Shown here in pieces: positions 24,223-36,196 of a DNA stretch of 64,000 nucleotides. Source of the stretch: Eledone cirrhosa (Eukaryota); the NCBI GenBank assembly GCA_964016885.1, contig OZ024741.1, positions 217,124,001 through 217,188,000 on the forward strand, written 5' to 3'. Under the pieces are notes generated by a model. It did not search any database. It saw nothing but the letters and a program-made list of their open reading frames with translations, and was not told the DNA's origin. Within the stretch, counting starts at the first letter, position 1; each line of letters begins with the position of its first letter. Position numbers and translations under genes: made by a program.

Positions 24223-27200
24223 TAATTTAACAATGAAGATATACAAATATAAAATAAACTATGCATAAATATAACAAAATAAATTCCCCAATAGGGGGGT
24301 GGACGACCCAGGGGTGACTCAGGTACCCCACCAATCCTGGACCACCCTGCGTTTCTAGGGCACCCGAGGAGAGCACCCCTCTCCTCATCAAATTAGCCAG
24401 CCTATAGGCGCGTGGTCAGAGTAGGTGCACTCATACGGACCATTCTCGCCACATTCATTCACCTTTTAGCAAATGTACTGGGGGCAGCACTTCTCCCTCC
24501 ACCCTCACTTTCCTTTCCAGGTGAAACTTGAAGAAGTTGATGAGGGATTGGCCGAAGAGAAAAGTGTCTGTCTTTAGTCCTTTTAACCTGGTCCACCATA
24601 TAACCTCTTTCGCAACTGCCACCAGACAGAGGAAAATTTCCTGTTCTTCCTGACCCAAGGAAGGCGGCGGATCGGTTTGTGCGCATCTCAGGCAGGTCCG
24701 TCTGACAGCACTTCTGTGCCTGTAGAGTTTATCTCGAACCAGCAGTGCCCCCCCCCCCCTCCAGTAGCACTGCCGAGCAAGGGATTTCTGGAAGTTATCC
24801 ATCATCCCCAGCTCAAAAGTCCTCTAGAACAGACTGGTCAGTTCGACTTCATCAAGGCTCAAAGCCTCTCCGAGTGTGTCATCGCTCTTGCCCACCATTA
24901 ATCCTCTATAGAACTCAAGAGTGAAAGTTCCATTTATCGCATTGCCCGCTTGGTAGAGGGCAGTGAGTGCCTGGCAACATTCCAGGTGCCAGTCACCCAG
25001 TCTTGGTCTCTTCTTGACCCAGGACTGCAGCTCAGTCAAGGAAACAAACTGCGGAAAGGCCCGTCTGATAAACGGCGACCACACCTGTTCACCATTTAGG
25101 CAGAATATCTGGAGATGTCGCAACCTCAGAGCATGTCTGCGCATGATTAGCCATGGCATGCCCAGCCCTCCGAGTAGAGGGTGCTGGCAGCAGATGGACC
25201 GCCTCACCAACGGGACTTGTCCTCTCCATAAGAATTTGAAGAGGAGCCGTTCCAACTTGGCGAGGCATGGATGGGAACAAGGCACGATGGTCAAGCGGTA
25301 GTAGATGACGGACGCGATGTACGCATTTGCTACCTCCGCGCGACCTTTCAGTGATAGCTTCCTCGCAGCCCAGGTGAGACTGGCTACCCTGCTCGTTACC
25401 ACATCCCAATTCTTTTCCACCTGAAGGTCTGGTCCGAACCAAACCCGAGCAACTTTACCAGTCCGTCCGTCCAGCGCCCCACGACGCTGTTGGACGGCAT
25501 GGACTTGCCTCTCCAGGTGCCGAGCTGCAAGCCCACCGACTTTTCCGGGTTAAGTTTCACTCCTGTCAACCTTTCCACATCCCGGTTCGAGTGGGATGCC
25601 CTGCAATAGCTCCAGCTTCCGCAGTAAAGCCTCGAGAGTCAATATGTACAGAAGGGAAGAGAGAGGGCACCCTTGACGGACCGATTGGGAGACCTGAAAC
25701 GCTTCCGAGAGGTGGCCATTAACCTTGACCACCGAGCAGGTGCTGCTGTGCATTGCAGCGATCCAGCTTCTGAAGACAGAGCCGAAGCCAGCTGCTTTGA
25801 GGACAGCCCCCAGATACCGATGGTCAACCCTATCGAATGCTTTTGATTGATCTAAATTGATCAATGCCCCTCCGAAGCCAGGTTTACACCCTACCCTCTC
25901 TATGATGTATCGCATGAGGTGGAGGTTGTCGTGTATGAACCTGGTTGGGATTGCGCAAGTTTGTGCCTTCCCAACCAAATCCTCGACAACAAGCGCCAAT
26001 CTCTTTGCTAACACCTTGGCCAAAATCTTAAACTGTGTGTTGAGCAGAGTTATGGGCCTGAAGTTGTCTAATGTATCCCTCTTGTTCTCGTCTTTCTTTA
26101 TCAGTGTCACCCCTCCCCTGCTCACAGAACTGGGGATACTCCCATTCTGATGCCAGTTGCAGTAGAGTTCTTCGAGGAATCGGAGAACAAGTCTGGCATA
26201 TTTACGTAAAGCTCGTAGGACAGGCCATCCAAACTGGGTGACTTGTGCTTCGTGCAGCCGACAAGGACGTCCTGAATCTCGGCTGAAGTAATTGGCCTTT
26301 CGCAGCGCTCAGGTAGGGACTGAAGTCCGCTACTGTCTCTGACCCGCCACTCACCCCAACAACCGAGCAACCGAGCAAAGTGCTGGCGAAAGGCCTCACA
26401 CATCCGCTTGGAATCGCTTGTCTCGTGTCCATCTCGGTCCGCCAAAGACCGAATTGTGGTTTTATTACCACGCTGCATCTCCGCCATGCGGGCCCATCGA
26501 ACAGCTTTGGTTTGCTCCTTTGTCAGAGCATGCGCCTTAGCTCTGACAATGCAACCTTCGTGTTTCGCATTGAAGAAATGGTCTAATGCTATTCTCACTG
26601 CTAGCACGTCCGTTGCAATGACACTACAAATAGTCTCGTCTAACTTAGCTACCAGCTCCCCCTCCTTGCTATTTTTCTCTAACGTTACTTCTTTGCTAAA
26701 CCCTATCAAAGTTACTCTAATCTTTCTTTTGAGAGCCCCCCACCACCTGTTGTTGACGCGAAGATCTGATAGTCGTCAAAAATGGGGGCTAGTGTGCGTG
26801 TGTTGGAAATCCTGGTCTCGCTGATGGTAATCACATCCATTTCCAGAGACCTGAGGTCGTTGAGCAGGCGACTCTGCTTCCATGGTGACTCCAGGCCACG
26901 ACCATTTAAACATCCTACTCATAATATGGCCATGTTGGAAAGCTAAAAGAGAGAGGGAAGGTTTACTTACCTCCCAGGATCTTGTGAAGGTCGGGTGGTT
27001 CGACCTCCATGCTTGGTGGGGTTTCTTTTGGGAACCCCTTTAAAAGTCTCGATGTGGGTTTCATGTTCGGGGTTCCCACGTCCTGAGGAAAGCTCTCTCA
27101 AATTTCTTTGTAGGAATCGAGCGACAATCGCACCAGAAACAAATCTTCTGGCATGCAAAATGTGCTCAATTCAAAGATCTCCCCATCTGTTTTAATGTCC

Positions 27201-28155
27201 TCGCTTCGTGCTAAGAGGGCCCTCAAATTCTCATTGGCCCTTCTGACAAGCACAAAGTTTTTTATGTTTTGTTGGTGTGATTTTATTTGTTTCCATTTCG
27301 GGTGACTGTGGTGGTGATGGTTTTGATGGTGTTGTTTCGGGTATGTCTGTGTTTGTTGTAGGTGTGGTGTCTGCAATTTCAGGTGTCTGTGTGTTTATTT
27401 GTTCTTGTGTTTGTTTAGGTTGTTTGTGTTTAGGGGATTGTGAGGATGGTGTTGATGTTGATGTTGATATTATTGGGGAAGTGTTTGATTGGTGGTGTCT
27501 GTCTTTTTTGTTGTGCATGTTTTTGTGTTTTGTGGATGCTTTTTTTTTGTGAATTTTCTCTTTTGCTTTTTGGCACTTTTGGGTTTTCCTTCATCTTTGC
27601 TACTGGAAGACAAAGAGTATGTGGCTGTGAGTGTATCTGTGTCTGTGTGTGCATTTATGGTTTTGTCCATGTGTATAATTTGAGGGGTAGGGGGAGTGGG
27701 AGAGCTTTCCTCGTTTTCCCCTTGGGTTGGTTTTGGTGCTGGTGGTGGTCCGGCTGTTTTTGATGTTGGTGGGGTTGCCCCTGTCATTGTTGGTGTTGTT
27801 GTTGTTGGTGGTGGTGCAGCGTTCCGTGTTGACACAGGCATTGGCAGCAAAGGAGGTTTGCAACCCCTTGCATTTTTGAGCCGAGGACAGAAGATTTGCA
27901 GATGCGTTGCTTCCCCGCAGAAAAGCAGTACGGCCTTCTTCCCTCAGCGATTAATTGAACCATTGTCCCATCCTGCAGGCAGGCAAAATCCGGAATGTTG
28001 TTGATGTCCTTTGGTTTCATTTGGAGAAGAATCTCCAAATCCATTCCGGACCAGTCCTCTCTCTCCGTCTTTTTGATATCTAGGAGGGTAGTGTCTGTTC
28101 CCTCCTCGATTACACATCCCAGGAGCCACCATATGTTCATTCCTGGTGGGATCCT
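24222..28155 (-). mobile_element. Second Tx1/L1-clade LINE, decayed, endonuclease mostly deleted
   Basis: RT fragments (LDQSKAFDRVDH, RQGCPLS) clearly homologous to 12900-18830. ORF2 ATG at 26933, with a deletion junction near 26760. ORF1 remnants 26967-28155. Confidence 0.9.
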
Positions 28156-28415
28156 TAATAATAAAAAGGACGATTTGTTATGTCTTCATTACATATATTG
28201 AGAAGTGACGCGCATTTCGCTATTGATCAGCTCAAGGTTCGATCTGTATTGATCTAGCCCAACTCTGGAATCAAAAGCTCGTCGGACCTGTTGTGGTAAT
28301 GACAGAATCGGGCTAGATCGATACAGGTCGAACCTTGAGCTGATCAATAGTGAAACGAGCGTCACTACTCAATATATGTAATGAAGACGTACCAAATCGT
28401 CCTTTTTATTATTAT
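28156..28415. mobile_element. Family C foldback (body)
   Basis: ~110-bp inverted arms containing GAGCTGATCAATAG(T/C)GAAA...GCGTC. Confidence 0.72.
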
Positions 28416-29649
28416 TATATATATATACATATATACAATTGGAGGCACATGGCTTAGTGGTTAGAGCATTGGCCTTGCAATCGAAAGGTTGTGAGTTCAA
28501 TTCTCGGACCGGGTGATGTGTTGTTTCCTTGAGCAAGAGACTTTATTTCAAATTGCTCCAGTTTACTCAGCTGTAGAAATGAGATGATAGGGACCCCAGT
28601 CCCTATCATTCCAGTGCAAAGTGGTCGTAGAGCTGCCAACGCAAAAAAGCACCCAGCACTCACTGTAAATGAGGTTGGTGTTAGGAAGGGCATCCAGCTG
28701 TAGAAATCAAGCCAGTATCAGTTCCCGTCCCACCCTTGCAAGCAGGGAAAAGCGGACGTATGATGATGATGATGATGATGATATATATATATATATATAT
28801 ATAAATGGCTTTTACAAGACTTAGAATAAAGATGTCATGTCTGAAAAAAAATTCAAACAAGTGCCATCCCACCTGTAGAAGCTCTAAGAAAAATTCTAAG
28901 GAATAAATCTGAGCATTTATTATAAAATTAAAAAACGAATGACATATATATAGATATATGAAACATTAACAAGAGATAATTTGGAAAGGATGTAAGAACA
29001 CATAATTACAAAAGGCGGCATATTTAAATTTAACAAAAATTTCAAATATAAATATCTGACATTCAATAACTATATATATTTTTTAAAAGCAACCGATAAC
29101 GAATAAGAGATGCAAGGGAGATAATTAAAAATGAATAAAGGGGGGATACAAAAATAAAAAGCACAAGGGAGATAATTCCTAGGAAATGATTCAAGGGAAA
29201 TTATTCATGGAAAATAATTTAACCCTTGGCAGTTTCGGTAGAGAGTCGGACGCCATGCTTTCCGGCATAGTTACGTCCCGTTACGGTCTGAGTTCAAATC
29301 CCGCCGAGGTTCACTTTGCCTTTCATTCTTACGGGATCGATAATATAAAGTACCAGTAATGCACCAGTAGCCTCGTGCCTAAAGTAGAAACAATTATTTT
29401 ATAATTACTATTATATTTTCACAATAAAGGATTTAGCCTACATAATTATCACACATAATATCGAATCTATGAATTGATGTGATTTATTTTGTAAGCAATA
29501 CCTTAGTGTAGGTATGAGCGGCCAGTTACAGCCAGATGAACAGAAAGAGGTGAGAGAGTTCTAGCCGGATATAGTCAGTTTAAATGTTAAAGGGTTAAAT
29601 ATGCTATCCCAGGGAATATACATATGTATATCTGTGTGTGTCTATATTT

Positions 29650-30080
29650 ATATATATGCTTCCGCTTTGCACCGGTCGCTGTCAACAGCTCAGCCTTCTT
29701 GGAACCCGTAGTCCTCCACAAGTTCGGAACGTTAGTAGCCTGTCTGAGGAAGAAGCCCCACAAGGTGAGGGTGGCTGTTGCAGCGGGTGTCGCTGGCCAT
29801 TTTCTCCGCAGGGCACACATCCAAAACCACCGCGTCACAAGGTCCTGAGCCCATTACCTTACCCCCCTCCCCCTCCTTTTCTTCTGTGGCCCTAGAGTCC
29901 TTGCTTTTCCTCTCAATTATAGACCCTTTCCTCTAGTTTCCCATACAGCCAGATCGGCCCTTCTTTACCCCTTCCCCACTTTCTCTTTAATTTTGCTTTT
30001 ATCTTTCTTTTTCAATGGTTTTTAAGTCAACTTTGTGAATATTTGTAATGTTATTTATACAACTGTGAATAATAACAGTT
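29650..30080 (+). mobile_element. Probable 3' fragment of another L1/Tx1-like LINE
   Basis: GC-rich coding-like segment (LVACLRKKPHKVRV) followed by a pyrimidine-rich UTR-like region; similarity is weak. Confidence 0.3.
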
Positions 30081-30136
30081 ATATAGAGAGAGAGGGAGAT
30101 GTCAACATGAATGGACCTGTTATTTTTATATAAAGA

Positions 30137-30560
30137 CATTTTTGTCTAATTCCACCCCGCCCGGCCCGTCAATCTATTCTATTTCTCATTCTTTCTTCTG
30201 ATGAAGTTCTAGTGTCCGAAACGTTAAGACACTCTTCCTGCTATTTCAAGTGTTAACCTAATATATTCCTTCCATATACTGTACCGATTGTGTTGTTATT
30301 TCTTTTTACCTTTTACATACATATACATATGTGTGCGTGTGTGTGTGTGTGTGTGTGTGCATGTGTGTGCGTGTGCACATGTGTGTGTGTGTGTGCGTGT
30401 GTGTGCGTGTGTGCGTGTGTGTGCAAAAGGCAAACAGAAATAACAAATCAAATGACAGTACAATGAAGAAATATATTAGTTTTACGCTTGATATAGAAGG
30501 AAAAGAGTCTTAACGTTTCAGACGTTAGTCTTTCATCAGAAGATAGAATGAGAAATTAAA
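30137..30560. mobile_element. Two inverted family E hammerhead elements flanking a (TG)n tract
   Basis: Plus 30194-30229 TCTT-CTGATGA-AG..TCC-GAAACGTT-AAGA; minus 30508-30543 TCTT-CTGATGA-AAGACTAACGTCT-GAAACGTT-AAGA. Further copies at 44903-45090(-) and 61150-61275(+). Confidence 0.75.
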
Positions 30561-30625
30561 GAAATAGAAAGATTGAGGGGACTGGCAGAAGCGTAAAAAA
30601 TTTTTTAGAAAAATAACAGGATATA

Positions 30626-31370
30626 TAAACGAATTGAGAGAGAGACTGAGCATAAGAGGAATCAAATGCTGAGTGCAGAAGAGGAGGTTGCATTGGTATG
30701 GACATGTGATGCGCATGAAGGATGACAGCTGCATAAAAAGGTGCAGAACACTAGAAGTCGATTGAAGCCGCGGAGTGGGGAGACTCAAGAAGACCTAGGA
30801 TGAGGTGATATAAGCCGACCTTACCCAATTGCACCTCTCAAAGGCGATGACACACAACCGTGACCTCTGGCGCCACGCAGTAATACAGAAGACCCGAATC
30901 AGTTCCCATATGAGCAAGACATAGTCAGCCGACTGGACACTGCCCACAACAGGACAACCTGTATAACCCATGCTAGCGTGGAAGAACGGACGCAAAACAG
31001 TGATAATGATGATGATATGTGTGTGTGTGTCAGGGTGCAAGTGAAGACTTGTGTGTGAACAGCAATGCTACATCACAGTAAAACATAAGCCTTAACCGCA
31101 ATGAGTATGCACCATTGGATATGTAATGTTAGTGTGCATGAATGATGTTGTATAAGTGAACCAAGATAAAAAGTCGACATAAAAGGAATTAGATGCAGTG
31201 TGCAAGAGATATGGACATGTGATGTTATGGAAGATAGCTGCTTTAAAAAATACAGAGAAATCCCAGTGAATGGCACCTGTAGAGGAGGCAGACCCAGGAA
31301 GACTTAGGATGATGTAGTGAAGACCAACCTCAAGAAACTAAACTCACAACAGAGATAACAAAGGACCGCA
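30626..31370 (+). mobile_element. Two short RTE 3' fragments
   Basis: RRLHWYGHVMRMKDD-type coding remnants with a (GAT)n tail. Confidence 0.75.
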
Positions 31371-31939
31371 GCGGCTGGGGCTGACCAGGCCATATAATGT
31401 AACCTGACTTATCCCCATGTCCCTTCTACCACTCCCTTGTAGCAACCCTCATGATTACTACACACCTCCACTCCCAATTCATCTATTCCCCCCTCCACTA
31501 TCACTCTTTAGCTACTGCCTCCTCTAAAGCCCTTAGATACACTCACTATCACACTCTAATAGCTTCTCTCACTACCCTTGTGCACTCAACCCATTCCCCC
31601 TCCACTATCACTTCTTAGCTACTTTCTCCATCCCTACACCTCCTCATCCTGATACTGGTGAGTGCCCCTCCTTCCCTGCACTATTGACCACACAATCCAC
31701 ACCCTCCTGCCACCATAAATATCTCCAGGTAGGCATTCTCACCAACACTATATCCCCTCTCCCCACTGTACTATTAAGTCATCCCTTCCTCACCCTGTCA
31801 AATCACACCACACCTATTGTGTATCCATAACTACATACCTATCTCCTTTCTCTTGTCTCTACAATCCTTACAGAGCAGAGGCACCTCATCAGTTGGGACA
31901 AAGACTAAAACTCTTTCTTGTGTTTGTGCTATGAAAATG

Positions 31940-32330
31940 CACCCTATAAGGTGGTTGGTGACAGGAAGGGCACCCCACTGTAGAAACCAAGTCCAAAAGG
32001 ATAGAGAGGATCTTTCAATTGTGTCAACTGTGTGACAACCTCTCTAGTGTTGGTGATCTACATGATTAATGCACCCAGTACATGCTGTGAAGTGGTTGGT
32101 GATATGAAGGACATCCAGCCATAGAAAGCTTGCTACACAAGGGATTTGCAGAACCCTTCAGTTGTGTCAAGGATATGACAGCCTCCCTAGGGTTGCTGAT
32201 CTACAGTATATGCAGTAAAGTGATTGGTGATAGGAAGGGCATCCAGCCATAGAAAGCTTGCCAAACAAAACGTTGGTAAGACTCTTCAGTTGTGTCAAAG
32301 ACATGACAACCTCTCTCGTGTACTCGGTAG
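31940..32330 (+). repeat. Tandem ~120-bp units derived from the RTE/SINE 3' tail
   Basis: Repeated gaagggcatccagccatagaaagcttg...cttcagttgtgtcaa...acaacctctct; an inverted counterpart array lies at 34490-35030. Confidence 0.65.
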
Positions 32331-32687
32331 AACACGAGACCATATGTAAGCAAGATGCAGACCTGTCTGGGAGGTCTGTAGACCCACATCAGTAATGATT
32401 AGATCTGTAAAGATCTGTCCAACCCTTGCTCGCGGGGAAAGTGGATGTTAAATGATGATGACGTTACATATATAGCATACTTGACCCTTTTCAGGGTTTC
32501 TGATACTGGTGGGGAGAGAGAGGGAAGAGGGTATCCCCAAACCTGACACCTGGCCCGAATACTTACAACAGAGGGTATCCTGCTAAAGGCACCCATGAGC
32601 CAGGTGGTGGTTCTGGTGGTTGTAAACCGGGCAATGGATTTAATCCACCACTATACTAACCTGTACATATAATATAAGGTAAGTGAT

Positions 32688-33805
32688 AGAAGGAAACTCA
32701 CCTGTCACAGGTGAGTTTCCTTCTGTACACTACAGTAACAGGTGACACACCTGTCCCAGGTAACAGTACACCACAATAACAGGTGACACACTTGTCCCAG
32801 GTAACACTACACCACAATAACAGGTGACACACCTGTCCCAGATAACATTACACCACAATAACAGGTGACACACTTGTCCCAGGTAATACTACAGTAACAG
32901 GTGACACACCTGTCACAGGTAACATTACACCACAATAACAGGAGACACACCTGTCACAGGTAACACTACAGTAACAGGTGACAAACTTGTCCAAAGTAAC
33001 ACTACACCACAATAACAGGTGACACACCTGTCCCAGGTAACACTACACCACAATAACAGGTGACACACCTATCACAGGTAACACTACAGTAACAGGTGAC
33101 ACACTTATCCAAAGTAACACTACACCACAGTAACAGGTGACACACCTGTGACATGTAACACTACACCACAATAACAGGTGACACACCTGTCCCAGTTAAC
33201 ACTACAATAACAGGTGACACACCTGTCCCAGGTAACACTACAATAACAGGTAACACTACAATAACCGGTGACACACCTGTCCCAGATAACACTACAATAA
33301 CAGGTGACACACCTATCACAGGTAACACTACAGTAACAGGTGACACACTTATCCAAAGTAACACTACACCACAGTAACAGGTGACACACCTGTGACATGT
33401 AACACTACACCACAATAACAGGTGACACACCTGTCCCAGTTAACACTACAATAACAGGTGACACACCTGTCCCAGGTAACACTACACCACAATAACAGGT
33501 GACACACCTGTCCCAGGTAACACTACAATAACAGGTAACACTACAATAACCGGTGACACACCTGTCCCAGATAACACTACAATAACAGGTGACACACCTG
33601 TCCCAGGTAACACTACACCACAATAACAGGTGACACACCTGTCCCAGGTAACACTACACCACAATAACAGGTGACACACCTGTCCCAGGTAACACTACAA
33701 TAACAGGTAACACTACAATAACAGGTAACACTACAATAACAGGTAACACTACAATAACAGGTGACACATCTGTCCCAAGTAACACTATACTACAATAACA
33801 GTAGA
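32688..33805. repeat. Palindromic minisatellite (unit ~36-41 bp, ACAGGTGACACACCTGTCCCAGGTAACACTACACCACAATA)
   Basis: More than 20 copies visible directly; the Cys/Val-rich ORFs here are repeat translations. Confidence 0.92.
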
Positions 33806-33859
33806 TTCACCTGTACCAGATACAATTAAACCAAAATACATAAATGCAAGGACACTAAC

Positions 33860-33998
33860 CTGCAGGTACAATATAAAGAATAGCCATCTTTAGACATCTG
33901 TTCAGCCAGTTCTATCTGATGATTATTCATTAATTTCTTGTTAACAACCGTAATTAATGGTTTACCTTCGTTAAGTGTCTCTACAGTGGTACCAGCAC
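33860..33998 (-). CDS. ALG13: ALG13 coding exon 3
   Basis: TTCAG acceptor; completes SHAGAGT, then TVETLNEGKPLITVVNKKLMNNHQIELAEQMSKDGYSLYCTC (glycosyltransferase family 28 C-terminal motif LMNNHQ-x-ELA); GTTAGT donor, phase 2. Confidence 0.93.
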
Positions 33999-34059
33999 CT
34001 GAAGAAACAAAGTGACAATGATCAATAGGAAGAAACTTTAACATGAAGGACTTTATGAT

Positions 34060-34164
34060 GTTATCATCATCACCATCATCATCATCACCATCATCAATAT
34101 CATCACCATCATCATTATCATCAATATCATCACCATCATCATCAGTATCAATATCATCATCAAT

Positions 34165-34210
<46 letters not shown>

Positions 34211-34345
34211 CCATCATCATCATCACCATCACCATCATTGACACCATCACTATCGTCATCATCACTATCGCCATCATCACAATCGTCATCATCATTACCA
34301 TCACCATAGATATCATCATTACCATCACCATAATCATCATCATTT
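34060..34345. repeat. (CAT)n microsatellite
   Basis: Direct observation; source of the poly-Met and poly-Ser pseudo-ORFs. Confidence 0.95.
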
Positions 34346-35111
34346 AAAGTTCATTTTCCCTGCTAACAAGGGGGTTAATGGGTTGTCAGACCAAGTCAGT
34401 AATCAAAGCTAGTTCCCTCTGAGATGGTCTAGATGGAGGGGAGGAACTAAATCTTAAATATGTTCCCATACTCTAGAGTGTACCGGGTGCAATTTATCCT
34501 AACAGGAAGGTTCTCATGTCTTTGACATAACTGAAGAATACTCCCAACCCTTTGTTCGGCAAATTTTCTACAGCTAGATGCCCTTTACAGAGTGTACAGG
34601 GTGTGTTTATCGTGTAGATCACCTACACTAGGGAGGTTGATGTAACTGAAGGGTCCTTCCAACCCTGTTTGGCAAGCTTTCTATGGCTGGAAGCCTTTCC
34701 TATCACCAACCACACTACAGTGTACTGGATGTGATTATCATGTAGATCAACACTAGGAAGGGTGTTGTGTCCTTGACATAACTGAAGAGTACTCTTGGCC
34801 CTTTGTTTGGCAGGTTTTCTCCAGCCGAATACCCTTCCTATCACCAACAATTTTACAGAGTGTACTGGGTGCATTTATCATGTAGATCACAAGCATCAGT
34901 TTAGTTGTCATGTCTTTGACACAACTAAAGTGTCCTGTCGACTATTTGGTAGATTTTCTACAGCTGGATGCTGTATCAACAACCACTTTACAGAAGGTAC
35001 TGGGCATGTTTATCATGTAGATCCCCAATGCTAGGGAACAGAGTTGGATTAATAGGGAGCCAAGAGAGAGCGGGCATTGCCCTGGGCCCCCTGGGGTCTA
35101 AATCTAGCCCT

Positions 35112-35890
35112 CGCTCCAGATGATGGTGGTGGTGTTGTTGTTGGTGTTGATTTTGCAGTGTAGCTCCAGATGATGGTGATGTTGTTGTTGTTGTTGTTGC
35201 TGTTACAGTGTGGCTCCAGATGTCAGTAGTATTGTAGCTTTGTTGTTGTTACTGCAGTGTAGCTCCAGATTGTGGTAGTGTTGCAGTTGTTGTTGCAGTG
35301 TAGCTCCAGATGTCAGTGGTGTTATTGCTGTTGTTGTTGCAGTGTAGCTCCAGATATTGGTAGTGTTGTTGTTGTTGCAGTGTAGCTCCAGATGTCAGTG
35401 CTGTTGCTGTTGTTATTGTTGCAGTGTAGCTCCAGATGTTGGTAGTGTTGTTGATGTTGTTGCAGTGTAGCTCCAGATGTCAGTGGTGCTGTTGCTGTTG
35501 TTGTTGTTGCAGTGTAGCTCCAGATATCAGTGGTGCTGTTGCTGTTGTTGTTGTTGCAGTGTAGCTCCAGATGTCAGTGGTGCTGTTGCTGTTGTTGTTG
35601 CAGTGTAGCTGCAGATGTCAGTGATGCTGTAGCTGTTGTTGTTGCAGTGTAGCTCCAGATGTCAGCGGTGATGTTGCTGTTGTTGTTGCAGTGTAGTTCC
35701 AGATGTCAGTGGTGCTGTTGTTGTTGTTGTTGTTGCAGTGTAGTCCAGATGTCAGTGGTGCTGTTGCTGTTGTTGTTGTTGCAGTGTAGCTGCAGATGTC
35801 AGTGGTGCTGTTGCTGTTGTTGTTGTTGTTGTTGCAGTGTAGCTCCAGATGATGGTGATTGTGTTGTAGTTGTTGTAGTGTAGCTCCAGA
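35112..35890. repeat. Minisatellite GCAGTGTAGCTCCAGATGTCAGTGGTG + variable (TTG)n
   Basis: Roughly 17 tandem units with a constant core and a variable-length TTG tract. Confidence 0.9.
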
Positions 35891-36036
35891 CGGGGCCAGA
35901 TTTAACAGGAAGCCAGGGAGGGGGGGGGCATAGCCCCAGGGCCCTCCAAGTCTAAATCCAGCCTTACTAGAGAGGTTATCATGCTTTTGACCTCTGGACA
36001 AAATAGAAATTTATTAAAATAAGAACTCCTACAAAC

Positions 36037-36196
36037 CTGCATGGCTTATCACCAAGCTGGCAATTTTGAGGTAATCTAAGATTGAACTCTGGAAATCAAA
36101 ACTGGAAATTTCAACACCGGCAACAGATTTCTGTTGAGGGAGAGTGCTATGTCCACCTTGGATTATCATCTTTTTGAAACCATGTTTACTGAGTTT
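36037..36196 (-). CDS. ALG13: ALG13 coding exon 2
   Basis: TTACAG acceptor; KLSKHGFKKMIIQGG...SSILDYLKIASLVISHA+G; GTTTGT donor. 160 nt, phase compatible with exons 1 and 3. Confidence 0.92.

Noticed and set aside
28443-28520. Possible tRNA gene
   Set aside because: A/B boxes are present but there is no convincing acceptor stem, and it continues into a repeated SINE body and RTE tail.
32730-33805. CRISPR-like appearance (palindromic repeat)
   Set aside because: Units are contiguous with no unique spacers, there are no cas genes, and the context is a eukaryotic intron; it is a minisatellite.
35112-35890. CRISPR-like constant core with variable spacers; poly-Q/N/T ORF
   Set aside because: The spacers are only (TTG)n length variants, and the array lies inside ALG13 intron 2.
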